DNA of 64,000 bases, from positions 19,966,001-20,030,000 of the forward strand of contig NC_058368.1 of NCBI RefSeq assembly GCF_018350175.1, written 5' to 3'. Position 1 is the stretch's first letter, and the number at the start of each line of letters is the position of its first letter. The stretch comes from Felis catus. Taxonomy: Eukaryota. Both the position numbers and the translations under genes were made by a program. This document shows positions 1 to 12,283 of this stretch, piece after piece. The notes beneath the pieces are model-generated. The model was not told the DNA's origin. It was given only the letters and a program-made list of their open reading frames with translations, and did not search any database.

Positions 1-609
1 GGGCGAGCCGGCTGTTTGGTGCGGGCAGGCACCTTGAACCCAGCGGCTGTAATGCAGCCCCAGGATTGATCAAGCTGTGGCCAGCAGAGGGGTTGGGGGA
101 GGAAGAGTGGAGCCTACGAGGTGGGGGGATGGGAGACATTAGGGGAGGGGGAGGAGCTGATGCAAGCAAACCAAACTCACAAAAGGCTGATTTATAAACA
201 GAAATGCCATTTGTTCATTAACCAGCACAAAGCAACCAGAGGAGTGCTTTATACGTTCTGCAGAAAAACCCAACATGCTGTTTATTGTGCAAAAGAGTAT
301 ACTCACTGCTGGGGACCAGGACACTCCCGCCCGCAAATGCGATTCTCTATCCCCTTGCACAGTGTTGGGTGAACCCTCATATATACTATCCTTTGGTCTC
401 TACTTTTTTTTAATTTTTGTCTTTTCATTCCAGTCACATCATTCCTTCAGATAGACCACAGTAAAATCAAGTGGGTGGAATTACTCCACAGCGTTACTAG
501 ACTGAGTCTCCTGTGGTCTCTCCTCTCTCCTCAATCCTTGGAATGGGCATTTCTGTGGATGGCTGGAAGATAATGTGTAACATAATGTGGCGGTCGCCTG
601 CACAGGTTT

Positions 610-820
610 TGAGCCCCCTAGCCTCAATTCCACTCCAGGCTGGCCATTTGCCAGCCGTGTGACCTCCCATGGCTAGTTCACTTCTCTCCTCCTGGGAAGA
701 TGGAAATAACAATACCTGGTTCAGCAAGTCATGGAGAAGGTTAAGGGAGCTAATTCATTTTGAACCCCAGACATGGTGCCTAGCATATGCAGAACACTCA
801 AAAACTGTTAGCCGTTGGTA
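610..820 (+). mobile_element. MIR SINE remnant
   Basis: MIR core-like text (gtgtgacctc...ttcacttctctc...atggaaataacaatacct...atggtgcctagcatat). Confidence 0.6.
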
Positions 821-1149
821 TTAAGGCTACTCCTCTCTACCCCTGTTGATTTGTAGTTGTTTCTGCTCACAGAGAATAAGCTATTTTTAACTCTTTGCCC
901 AGATTAAGGAAAAACAAAAAAAGTCCAATGAGAACAATTTGATTCAGTGAAAATTCTTAAATGCCTTCAATGTTTCAAAGAAATGCAATTTCTTTGTGTT
1001 GCTTTCAGATTTGAATATAGTACAGCCCCAAATACATGGAGAATAGGGGAATAAATAAGTAAAATTTTTAAAGGAGGAATAAATTCATACAAAAAGAGGA
1101 AACATCATGTAAAAATGCAATTTGTCATAAACGAGTATTTATGAGTACC

Positions 1150-1790
1150 CGGTATGTATCCTGTTCTTTCTGCTTCTATCCTTGCCTTTTGTAACTCTAT
1201 TTGCAACACCGCAACAAAATCATTTTTCAGAGACTAAGTTAGATCATGTCATTTCTCTGTTCAGAATCCTCCAATGGCTTCCCACCTCATTTGAAAGGCC
1301 AAAGCGTTCACACTGCCCTGTAAGACCTTATGTAATCTGTTCACCCCCACTTCGCACCCTGTCTCTCCGACTTAACCTCCTCTCCCTTACTTACTCAGTG
1401 GACTCTTTGCTGCTCCTTAACTATGCCAGGTACTCCTGCCTCAGGGCCTTTGCACTTGTGGTTTCCTCCACCTGGAATCCTCTTCTTCAAAGTCACATCT
1501 CCTTTAAGACCTTCCTCAAATGCCACCTTCCCTGACCCTCCTGTTTAATACTGTAACTTCTCCCCCATTCCCACCACTGTGTAGTCTCCTTTCCTGCCCT
1601 GATTTCTCTATGGCATTTCTCTACTTACCACTTTATTTTGTTTATAATCTATCTTCCCCTCTCTCCGTACCACCCCCCCACCCCCCGCCAGTGTAAGAGC
1701 CACATCAGGGGTTTTGTGTGTTTTCTTTATTGCTGTATCCTAATCCTCAGCATGGTGATGGCACTCTCCGTGGGGTGAATGAATGATTTC
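1150..1790 (+). mobile_element. L2 LINE 3' fragment
   Basis: Typical L2 3' text (tcagggcctttgcacttgtggtttcctccacctggaat...ctcaaatgccacc), ending in tgaatgaatga. Confidence 0.75.
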
Positions 1791-3889
1791 ATGAATGGTG
1801 CTAGGGGCTTTTACGTATGTCATCTCACTTAACATATTTCGGCAAAGATCTGATTTTCATAATAATACATCACTAGATAGTAGCTGTTATTATAATTACA
1901 TATTTTTATATTCAACAATCGCTGTTTCCTGAAATTAAAACTGGACTGAAAGCATCTTGAAGTTCTTGAAGCCAGAATTTGAGCAACACTGTTTATTTTA
2001 ACGTGTGGATGTCCTTTAAAGGCATCTTACATAATAAGATGGAGATTCAGAGGAAGAAGTTGTTTTTAACTTCTCTACTCAGTATGAACGACATCCTGCT
2101 TCTAAATTAAAAGAAATTAAGAATTTTCATGTAAAATTTAAGTTGACCTTTCCTAATTTAGCCTGAATTCCCCGACCCCAAAAAATGATTTTTAAATTTG
2201 TCCGAATGGTGCACAACAGCAGAAGTGTGGGCCCGGCTGTCCCTGCTGCTGCCTTGTGGGAGACAGGGCCCTGCCTACTGAATTTCTGGTGTCCGTTACA
2301 GCGATGACAGGAAAGAAATGTTTGTAAGAACAAATGTTTGCTTCCAGGCTGCAGCCTAATTTAATAGTGTACTTGAAAAAAGAAAAACGGATGATTCATT
2401 CCAAAACCCCTGGGGAGGGAGGGGTGATTGTAAACCATTTGGAAAAGGGGTGAGAAGGCCTAACGTGAAACTAATGCAGCCAATCTTCGACAACAACCGA
2501 AAAAGTCTGGCCTGAACGCGATGGAATGCTGGGTGTTTTTTCGCAGAATGGTTTCAGCCGGGGGGAAGCCTGTTAGGTTCAAAAGCCTTTTCCTTCTGCT
2601 CTGATCTGGGGAGTGGGTGGGAGGTTATAACCAGATTGATTTTTGATAGTTTCAGATAATACTTCGTATTTGGATGAAAGATTACCCTGGAGGTTTTCAT
2701 ACTTGTGGTTTTTCTTAAAGCATTAGGTGTGATTGTAATTTTTTTTAGGGGCCACAGCCCTAGGGAAATTTTTATGGAAGAAGGAAGAGACTTTTTTTTT
2801 TTTTTAAACAGAAACTAAGATTTAAGGCACATCAGCCATCTAAGTAGGTGGAGTAGACAGCTGTGGGCAAGACCCGAAAACCCCTCCCACCACTTGCTTG
2901 TTGATGCCTGAAACGTTGAAAATCAGGAATTCATTTTCTTGGATTAAGATTTCGTCTACTAAAATACTAACAGCCCCACTCAGGATCACATGTTCAACTC
3001 TCTGGGCCATTTTCATTCCAATGGTAATGGCCTCACTGACTCCAGATCTAACAGGTTTTCCCAACTCAGTGGGGAGACAGCGAGTGGATCCTTGGCTCTT
3101 TGGAGATGAGCCTTACAGGTGTGACGGGGGAGGGAGAGGAGACACCCTTGGAGGAGCGCACCGAAGGTCATCAGAAAGCAAGGAAGCACAGGCAAGACGA
3201 TATGAAACCTTTTATGTCAGTAAGACCATTTTCGCTCATTCTTACCCAAGTTTCCCTTCCCTGTGTACTGGCGGAGCATACGGTTGATACGGTAACATAG
3301 TCCAAAGAAAGCCGTACACCCATGTCTCAGGTAACCCTAAACCATAGTTGGGATTATCCGAGCAGCTAATCCCTCAACATTAGCCAAACCACTTGCTTAC
3401 TTTGACCAATATCTTTTGTTTTCCCTTAACAACCAGAGACGTTCAATGTCTTTACCATTTTAAAATGTATTCTATAAAATGCTTCTGATGTGGGGGAATT
3501 AATCTTTCTCCTCCACAGATTTATGAAGGAGTAAATTTGCTGCTGCTGCTGTGTAGAAATGACTCTAGTCCCGAAGTTGCCTGTCAGGCTCCCTGGACTA
3601 GTGTTACGGGTTCCATGGTTACCTCAGTGAGATAACAGTGACTTTTTTTTTTTTTTTTTCATTTCTCACCATTTAACTTAGATATTTCCTTTTATGTAAC
3701 CTGCAAGAACAATTTGGTACCCAGGAAGGGTAAGGAGATTTTATAAAGTTTGGTTTATTATGCCATTTTTAAATAATTTGCAGTAGAGGACACGTCTTTC
3801 TTCTTAAAGCTATGTCACAGCAGTTCAAAAAACAAAACAAAACAACCCTCCTCTTGTAAAAATTGCCAGGCTTTTTCATCATCTTTAAT

Positions 3890-4270
3890 TTCTTTAGCAC
3901 ATATTATGAACACATTATGTAGCAGACACTGGGCTAGGCACTAAGGCCCCAGAGCTGTGATCCATCATCCTGACCTCAGATTGCTCAGTCGAGTCGGTGG
4001 GAGGAGACAGACAAATTGCCACCTGCTAAGAACACGACAGAAGTTTGCACAGGGCTGCGAAAGGAGCCCCACCCATTCGGGGGGTGACAGGAGAGCTTTT
4101 CTGTGGAACTGTAGTGTCTGAGCTGAGAGTTGTAAGGATGTGAATAATGTAGGAATTAATCAGAGGAAGAAGTGTGTGTGTGTGTGTGTGTATTGTGGGG
4201 GGTGGGGGGTGGGGAGGGATGGTATTCCAGGCAGAGGAACAGCACATGCAAAGCAACAGTAGAGAGAGAA
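3890..4270 (-). mobile_element. L2 fragment with embedded (TG)n
   Basis: Antisense L2 text (ttccaggcagaggaacagcacatgcaaag); (TG)n at about 4172-4191. Confidence 0.6.
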
Positions 4271-4509
4271 CAGTACCGCCCTGTCTATCTTCACCTCTGT
4301 AGGACAGGGCCCAATTCTTAACTCATCACAGGATCTCTGGAGCCTGTCAGGCCTGTCATAAGTATTCATAAAAATCTGTTGAACTTCAGTGAAGTGAACT
4401 GCAAACATTTATTGCTGTTTTCTAGATGTCGGTGATAGGGTAGTGGCTAAAAGAGAAGTTTCTCTTCTCGTGGTTCATTTGTTCTAGGGAGGCATTAGCA
4501 GGAGTCCGT

Positions 4510-4740
4510 ATCTGCTAAGAACTTCCTACCTGCCAGGCACTGTCCAAAAGATTTATGTATTCATTTGTTCAGTCTTGAAAACAGGACTGTAGTAGGTATT
4601 ATACTGTTATCCCAACGTGTTACCGTTGAGGACTCAGAGAGGTTAAGAAACTTACCGAAGCCTACCCAGCTTGTGAGTGGCAGAGCTGAAATTCAAAGTT
4701 GGGAAGTCTCGGTTTCCAGAGTCAGCCTCAACCTCTACAG
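4510..4740 (-). mobile_element. MIR SINE
   Basis: tgccaggcactgtc...gaggactcagagaggttaagaaactt...gtggcagagctgaaattcaaa, an antisense MIR. Confidence 0.7.
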
Positions 4741-5014
4741 TTAGGCCTTCAAAAATTTCAAAGTACCTCTCAGTCTTATTTTTAGAAGATAAGATAAAAA
4801 AGAAATTCTGAATGTCCATTCTCCCTCGATCCTTTTTCTCTTTGGCAACCTGAGACTTAATTACTTGGCATAAACACACGAGAAAAATAGACGTTTTGAA
4901 AAGCAAGAGTAGGGTTAAAATGAAAGATAATATGGTCTTGAAAAAGGTAAAGAGGGGATAATGATCATATCAGATATCAAAATGCAGTTAAAATTATGCT
5001 GATTAAAAATAGAG

Positions 5015-5260
5015 GCATGGTGACTATGGTTAATGGTACTGTATTGTATATGTGAAAGTTGCTGAGAGAGTAGATCTTGAAAGCTCTATCACAAGAAAAA
5101 AAAAACCCTGTAACTCTGTGTAGTAACGGATGATAACTAGACTTATTGTGGTGAGCATTTCATAATATATACAAACATCGAGTCATTACATTGTATATCT
5201 GAAACTGATACTGTAGCGTTGTACATCAGTTATATCTCAAGAAAAAGAGGAAGAAAAAAT
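5015..5260 (+). mobile_element. L1 3' end (L1MA-type 3'UTR) with A-rich tail
   Basis: gtactgtattgtatatgtgaaagttgctgagagagtagatcttg...ttatatctcaagaaaaa resembles an L1MA8/9-type 3' terminus. Confidence 0.75.
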
Positions 5261-5262
5261 AT

Positions 5263-5361
5263 AGCACATACTCTAAAATTGGAGTGATACAGAGAAGATT
5301 AGCACGGTCTCTGCACAAGGATGATATGCAAATTCATGAAGCTTTCTACATTAAAAAAAAA
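5263..5361 (+). pseudogene. RNU6: U6 snRNA processed pseudogene, 5'-truncated, with A tail
   Basis: agcacatactctaaaattggagtgatacagagaagattagcacggtctctgcacaaggatgatatgcaaattcatgaagctttctacatt aligns to U6 from about nt 15 to the 3' end, including the ACAGAGA box. It has many substitutions, a poly(A) run and no upstream U6 promoter. Confidence 0.93.
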
Positions 5362-5430
5362 TGTGTGTATATATGTGTATATATATAAGCAACACCCAGG
5401 CGTCTCTCATTCTTATCTATTGACCTCCAT

Positions 5431-5640
5431 TCTTTTTTTCTTTAACGTTTATGTATTTTTGAGAGAGAGACAGAGTGTGAATGGGGGAGGGGCAGAGAGA
5501 GAGGGAGACACAGAATCTGAAGCAGGCTCTGGGCTCTGAGCCATCAGCACAGAGCCCTACGCAGGGATGGGACTCATAAGCTGTGAGATCATGACCTGAG
5601 CTGAAGTGAGACGCTTAACCGACTGAGCCACCCAGGCGCT
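5431..5640 (-). mobile_element. Can-SINE (feliform)
   Basis: Antisense tRNA-derived head (...gactgagccacccaggcgc), (GA)n tract and T-rich tail. Confidence 0.95.
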
Positions 5641-5981
5641 TCACATCTGCCTCCATTCATGAAGGTGAAGTTTTGGTGTCCCTGAGAGGCCTCTTGGAAT
5701 AGACAGGTACATTCATCTCCTTTGCACAAAGTAGGGAAGCATTCCACCTCACTGCCCCCACCCTCCACCTTTGTAATGGGCACTTGGGGGCAGGGCAAAT
5801 GTTTTTCCAAGAAACCAGGGCATGACGAGGTCCACTGTGGAGTTTGCCATCCATCTGGCCCTCCATCCTAGTGTCATTTTGCTGTTCATGCTCATGTTTA
5901 TGCTTCCTTTTGGAGTTTCTTTCCCATATATGTTTGTCCCTAAGAAATAAAACCATTATTGGACCTAGAAAAAAAAGGTCA

Positions 5982-6113
5982 GGGGTACCAGGGTAGCTCA
6001 GTCGGTTAAGTGTTCAACTCTTGATCTCAGCTCAGGTCTTGATCTCAGGGTTGTGAGTTCAACCAAGGCCCACATTGGGCTCCATGTTGGGTGTGAAACC
6101 TACCTTAAAAAAA
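5982..6113 (+). mobile_element. Short, older Can-SINE
   Basis: ggggtaccagggtagctcagtcggttaag head with A tail; flanked by aaaaaa(g)gtca repeats. Confidence 0.85.
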
Positions 6114-6585
6114 AGTCATATATTTATGTATACACATATACATATATATGACATATATGTATATGGTATAAGTATATAGCATAGTATAAACTTGGATTTA
6201 GGTACTTCTACTGTCACTTTCCTTCTCTCCCTAGACCTAAGAATTGGGAAGAACAAGGAGAAAGAAATGCCTTTTAACTACAAAGAATCTAAACAAATAA
6301 ATACAAAATCTGCGGCCATGCCCTCCACTCAGTATTTCCTAGGCATTCCAATTACAAAACCAGCTCTCTCACATCAGATCGAGAAGTGAGAGAACTGGAT
6401 ACCATCTTAAGAAAAGTACTGACAGACTGATTTTTTTTTTATGGGGAGAATTTCAAGATTTTGTGTAAATGAAATAAACATATTTTTATTATTTGATTTG
6501 AGCACTAAATTTCATAGATAGTGTGCATTTTACCAACTTGGTAACTGAAAACTATTAAAATACCAAGTTCTTTTGCAGGGTGGGG

Positions 6586-6760
6586 GGGGCACCTGGTTCA
6601 GTGGGTTGAGCGTCTGACTTTGGTGCAGGTCATGGTCTCGCAGTTTGTGAGTTCAAGCCCCACGTTGGGCTTCCTGCTGTCAGCGCAGATCCTGCTTGGG
6701 ATCCTCTGTCCCCCTGTCTCTGCCCCTCCCCCACTTGTGCTCTCTCAAAAATAAAATAAA
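6586..6760 (+). mobile_element. Can-SINE inserted in the tail of an antisense L1
   Basis: ggggcacctggttcagtgggttgagcgtctgact...ctctcaaaaataaaataaa. Confidence 0.9.
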
Positions 6761-7498
6761 TTTTTTTTTAATTTCTTTTTTTTTTTAAGTTTTTAATTTT
6801 AATTCTGGTATAGTTAACATACAGTGTTTATATTAGTTTCAGGTGTACAACATAGTAAACTGCGTACATCACCCTGTGCCCATCACAAGTGCACTCTTCA
6901 ATCCCCATCTCTTATTTCACCCATCCCCCACCCAGCTCCTCTCTGGTAACCATCAGTTTGTTTTCTATAGTTACAGAGTCTGTTTCTTGTTCTCTCTCTC
7001 TCTCTCTCTCTCCCCCCTTTGTTAGTTTGTTTTGTTTCTTAAATTCCCAGTATGAGTGAAATCATATGGTATTTGTCTTTCTCTGACTTATTTCACTTAG
7101 TATTATACTCTCTAGCTCCATCATGTCATTGCTAAAGGGAAGATTTCATTTCTTTTTATGGCTGAGTAATATTCCATCGTATACACATACCACATCTTCT
7201 TTACCCAGTCACCTATTGATGAACACTTGACTGCTTCCATAATTTGGCTATTGTAAATAGTGCTGCAACAAACATAGGGGTGCATATATCCTTTCAATTT
7301 AGTGTTTTTGTAGTTTGCGGGTAAATACCCAGTAGTGCTGGATCGTCGGGTAGTCCTGTTTTTAGTTTCTGAGGAAACTCCATGCTGTTTTCCACAGTGG
7401 CTACACCAGTTTGCATTCCCACCAACAGTGTAAGAGGGTTCCTTTTTCTCCACAACCTCATCAATACTTGTTGCTTCTTGTGGTTTTGATTTGAGCCA
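6761..7498 (-). mobile_element. Carnivore L1, 5'-truncated (ORF2 C-terminus plus 3'UTR)
   Basis: ORF 7121-7453 gives [15 protein letters not shown]...WVKKMWYVYTMEYYSAIKRNEI, the L1 ORF2 C-terminus. Target-site repeat accaagttctt at about 6562 and 7503. Confidence 0.92.
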
Positions 7499-7869
7499 TA
7501 AAAACCAAGTTCTTGAATGCCATGTTATCTTGCCTGAGTCTGAGAAAGAGGATCCAGAGTAGAAGTTCTGAACATTCCTCTACCGAACGTCCTGATATTT
7601 TAAAATTATAAATTTAATACACCTGAAAGTAATGTAACATTGTATCAACTATACTTGAATAAAAATGTTTTAAATTATACATTTAACATAAAAATTGTAG
7701 ATTAAAATAGGTTTATAAAAATTAATTTGTATAACTTTACTATCCTGTGGCCATATTCCTCTCACTTAAAGACTCTAACCTGAAGATTGATATGCTACTT
7801 AGAAAGTTACCTTAACAAGGAAAGAAAGCTGCTAGCAGTCTTACAAAGGAAAGATTAGAAAGGACAAGG

Positions 7870-9130
7870 CAGTAGTCAGGGGCACAGGGCCAGGTTGGAG
7901 ATGGACAGGTAGCCGAGGGACTCAAGAAAAAAACACAAATTCAAGAGATTTAGGAAACAAATGTGATCAAATTTTACTAATTGAGAACAGAATAAAAGAG
8001 AAGATTTGAATGAGGAGGTGAGAATAATACTCAGATTTCTGGCTTGTGTGGTTGGATGGATCATTGTATCACCCAACAAGAGGAGAGCCCAGGAAGTACG
8101 GGTTGGGGGAAGGGAGAGAGGAAGACTTTGAATTAGGACATGTTGAATATGATACATCTGTGTGACCACCAAGCAGAAATGTGCAAAAGGGAGCTGCTGT
8201 CCTAGGGCTCAGTAGAACTCTAGGATATCTGGGGTATCTAGGCAAATTTTTAGAGAATCATCAGATTATGGGTGAAGTTGGAGCTATACATTGGATGGGA
8301 TCACCAAACAAAAGTGTGAATGAAGTGAAGAGAAAAGGTGAGGACAGAGCCCTAGAGAATATAAGCGTTTGAAAGATTGGAAAGAGAAGACTGAAAAGAA
8401 ATCATCAGACGTAGGTGGGGAACCAGCAGAGGGTGATGTCACATGTGCCAAAGAAGAGGGAACTTAAGAAAAAGGTGTGGCCAGTGGTCAATGACACAGA
8501 CGGCATGTATGTCAAAGCCTAAGAACTCCATAATGGATTGGGTGATATGGATTTCACCTCTGCCTTCTGCTAAGGGAGCTTCATTATTTAAGTGGGAATG
8601 AAAGCCAGATGGAAGTAAAGAAAAGGTAAAGTAGTCAATGGGAGAGTAGTAAAGAAGCAGTGACAGTTTCATGGAGTGATCTTTGAAAAAGGTTGCCTGT
8701 GAATGAAAAGAGAAAGTGTTGGTGTAGAAGAGAGAAGGCCTTCTTTTCCCTTTAAAGATAAAAAGCTTGAGCATGTTCATAGATTAAGGGAAGAGAGCAG
8801 TGGAGCGAGAAGAATTGAGGAGACAGTATAGAATGCATAAATGATAAGACTGAAGCATCAAAGGAAATAAGAAAGATTGGTATCCAAAGTAGTTTTGAGC
8901 AAGTGGAGGACCACCCTCTCCAATGAGATGGAAGGAGGGGATGATCAGTGTAAATAAAGATAAGTCTCTAGTTGGGTGGAAGGAGGGTAAGAGATTGAGG
9001 GAGTTACATCTAATGATGGTTTGTGGGAAGGGGTCATGAGGAGAGCAGTAAAGGTTTGGAAGCACCATTTAGAAATTTAGGGTGGAATGGGGTAGTTTAA
9101 AGACCCATAGGATGACTGCACAGCATCATA
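7870..9130 (-). mobile_element. Degraded L2 LINE
   Basis: Purine-rich antisense L2 text (cagatttctggcttgtgtggttggatgg...gaggacagagccctagagaa). Confidence 0.65.
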
Positions 9131-9263
9131 GAAGATCTGTCTGTGGTTGGAGATCATAAATTTATAGCTGTGCTAATTTGCACCACATATGCTGAATGGT
9201 CACAGGGGCAAAGATCAGACTGGAGTTACAACTGGGTTGATCTAGACAATGGAGCCAAAAAGC

Positions 9264-9294
<31 letters not shown>

Positions 9295-9703
9295 TTTATG
9301 GAGCCATAAGACTTTAAAGTCTCCAGGGAAGACAATTGTCTAAGGTCATATAGCCAACAGCAGCAGAGCTAGATTTGAGCATAAGGTTGAGTAGGTAGAT
9401 AGCCTTATCTGAACAGTGAGTCTAGTGCTAGTAGGTCAACTCTATTGAGAGGGAGACTATCTAGGTCAACAACGGTCCGTGGAATGAAGACAAAACCTAA
9501 GGTCCAGATGCCAAAGTTTTTGATGGATGTCTCATGATTAAACACTGAATATCTACTGTTCCACTGTTGAGTTAGGCTTTCAACTATCCAGCATCACCTT
9601 TTATTCAATCATGTTAAAGATCCTTTTAAAGTATTATTTTTGTATTACAAAATAAAAATATCTATAGAGAAACTAGGAGGAGACAATTTAAAAATTAAAT
9701 GTA

Positions 9704-10831
9704 ATGCAAATTAAAACAATGAGACACCACTACATACCTATTAGAATGGCCACAGTCCAAAATACTAAGATATAGAGCAACAGGGGCTCTTATTCATTAC
9801 TGGCAGGAATGCAAAATGGTACAATTACTTTGGAAGACAGTTGGGCAGTTTCTTATAAAAAGAAACATACTCATACCATACAATCCAGCAGTCTGGCTTG
9901 TTGGTATTTTATCCAAAGGAGTTCAAAATTTATGTCCATCAAAAACCTGAATGTAACTATTTATAGCAGCTTTATTTATAATTGCCCAAACTTGGAAATA
10001 ACCAAGATGATCTTCAGTAGGTGAGTGAATGAATAAACTGTGTTACATCTAGACAATGGACTATTACTCAGTGCTAAAAAGAAATGAGCTGGGGCACCTG
10101 GGTGGCTCAGTCGGCTGAGAGTCCAACTTCAGCTCAGGTCATGATCTCAGGGCTCATGAGTTTGAGCCTCACGTCAGGCTCTGTGCTGACAGCTCGGAGC
10201 CTGGAGCCTGCTTCAGATCCTGTATCTCCCTCTCTCTATGCCCTTCCCCCTCTCATCCTCTGTCTCTCTCAAAAAGCAAATAAACATTAAAAAAAATTAA
10301 TAATAAATAAATAGAAATGAGCTCTCAAGCCATGAAAAAACATGGAGGGATCTTAAGTGCACATCACTAAATGAAAGAAGCCAATCTGAAAAGGCTACAT
10401 TCTGTATGATTCCAACTATTTGACACTGTGGAAAAGGTAAAACTATGGAGACAGTAAAATGATCAGTGGTTGCCAAGGGCTGGGGCGGGGGAGGGGGAAG
10501 GGAAAAGGATGAATCGGCAGAGCACAGAGGATTTTTAGGCAAGTGAAAAGACGCTGAATGATGCTGTAATGTTGGATACATTTGTCCAAACCCATAGAAT
10601 GTATAACATACAGCGCCTAGAGTGAACCCTCAGGTAAACTATGGACTTTGGGTGATAATGATGTGTTAATGTAGGTTCATCAGTTGTAACCCATGTACCA
10701 CTCTGGTGAGTGATGTTGATACCTGGGGGAGCCTATGCGTGTGTGGGCACAAGGGGTATGTGGGAAATCTCTGTACATCCCCTTCCATTTTTCTGTGAAT
10801 CTAAAACTGACCTAAAAAACTAAACCTTTCC
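9704..10831 (+). mobile_element. L1MC1-like L1 3' fragment, interrupted by a SINE
   Basis: End of ORF2 plus 3'UTR (catttgtccaaacccatagaatgt...gtaaactatggactttgggtgataatgatgtg). Flanked by a perfect 14-bp repeat aaaaattaaatgta (9690-9703, 10832-10845). Confidence 0.88.
10091..10312 (+). mobile_element. Can-SINE
   Basis: Full head, CT tract and A tail; TSD gaaatgagct. Confidence 0.95.
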
Positions 10832-11384
10832 AAAAATTAAATGTATCACCTACCGTCTTGAAAACTAATTTTGTTCTCTTTACATACAAACCTTCATGAA
10901 TGTGTGGGATTGGGAATCAGGCAGTGGGAAATGAGTGAGGCAGGCGGTCACTGTCAATGAAGAGCCCTGGGGCAGAAATAAGGGTGGGGAGATGGGTACA
11001 GCTTGACTTCATTTCCTGAGCACTTTTTTACTTTCTTTTCATGTTTTTTTCGAGGGATAATGAGGGATAAACGTTATTAAGGGATAACTTTTCCAAAGAT
11101 TTCCTCCAAAAGCTTTTAAGAAAAGTCTGCACACACCTCCTTGGTAGCAGTAGGTGAAAAGCAAAGTGCTACTAATGGTCCACATGTCAGGTGGTAGGTG
11201 ATCCAGGCCACTTCCCGACGTTAGGGAGACAAGTTATATGCAGAATATGCTTGCTTACCAGAGTCAACCTGTAACCAGACAGTGTTGCCAGAAAGCTAGG
11301 CCTTTTTTGGCCAATGATGAGTTTTCCTGGGCACGTTATAGTTCCTCTGACTGTGTACATGGAGTCAGTTCAGAAAAAAGAGAA

Positions 11385-11530
11385 ACACACCTTACCACAC
11401 CTTGCCACACCTCAGCATATAGCATCCCACACCCCACCACACCTTACTTCATCTCATAACACCTTCCCACACCTCCCCACACTTCAACGTACCACATCTT
11501 ACCTCACCTCCCCATCACACCACACTCACC
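11385..11530. repeat. CA-rich low-complexity tract (cacacctt-like units)
   Basis: Imperfect repeats of ccacacctt/acctcacct. Confidence 0.6.
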
Positions 11531-12267
11531 AGGAAGGCCAGGATGGGCACTTGGAAGAGTGACTTGGGCAGCACGCAGGCAAGCCTCGAAGCCAGCAGCC
11601 AGGAAGAGAGTTGGCGCAATAACAGTGACAGCGGTCAAATGCAGACATAAAAAAGGCCATTGCAGTACAAGATGCAGGGCAAAGTGTATACGGGAGGGAA
11701 GGGCCAAAAAGCAGGAGGTACAAACCAAGAAAGGAAGGGGAAAATAGAGAGCCAAAGTCAATTTGTAGGAAAAACAAAACAAAACAAACAACAACAACAA
11801 CAAAAACCCACAAAACAACTTTATCCTAAGGTCAAGAATGTTCTGGAGCTAGTGGCAGGAACTAATACTGTGCCTCTCTTGGAAGGAGTTCTCCTAAGGC
11901 ACTACCAAGAAGGACGGTGTAATGTGAGCACATGCACTGCAATGACTTTAATAGTATCTACATCAAAACAACAATCTAAGAGGATAAAACGAGACACGAA
12001 GGACTTGGGACTTTAGACCCCATGTATCGTAATTAGGCACATATATTTAATCTAATAAGTTGGCTATAATTCTTTCCATATTATCTTTATTAAATCGTTT
12101 TAAGGGAGTCCCTTTTTCCTTATAATTCCTTAAATTCACCCTTTAAGAATGCTAACACAAAATTGCTTGCTTCCGAAATACATGACGGATGTAGACAGAT
12201 TCTACCAACCTTCTCTGCAATCGCTGATCTGGTTCCAGAGGGAGATGAGGTATTTGAATGGACTTAC

Positions 12268-12283
12268 CTCTGCTCCTACAAAC
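12268..12283 (-). other. Candidate 16-nt micro-exon
   Basis: Minus strand reads tttccatctcctttcttctctctgcccag|GTTTGTAGGAGCAGAG|gtaagt, with near-consensus acceptor and donor. Confidence 0.4.

Noticed and set aside
1..150. GC-rich start of the window as a CpG-island promoter of a named gene
   Set aside because: Only a short edge is visible and I cannot recognise a gene from it.
2840..3300. Overlapping 60-129 aa ORFs on both strands
   Set aside because: No recognisable domain and no consistent exon structure; compatible with chance.
7121..7453. 110-aa ORF as a host gene
   Set aside because: It is the frameshifted C-terminus of L1 ORF2.
11050..11090. Three GGGATAA motifs as a GATA cluster
   Set aside because: GGATAA does not match the WGATAR consensus, and the motifs may come from a small local duplication.
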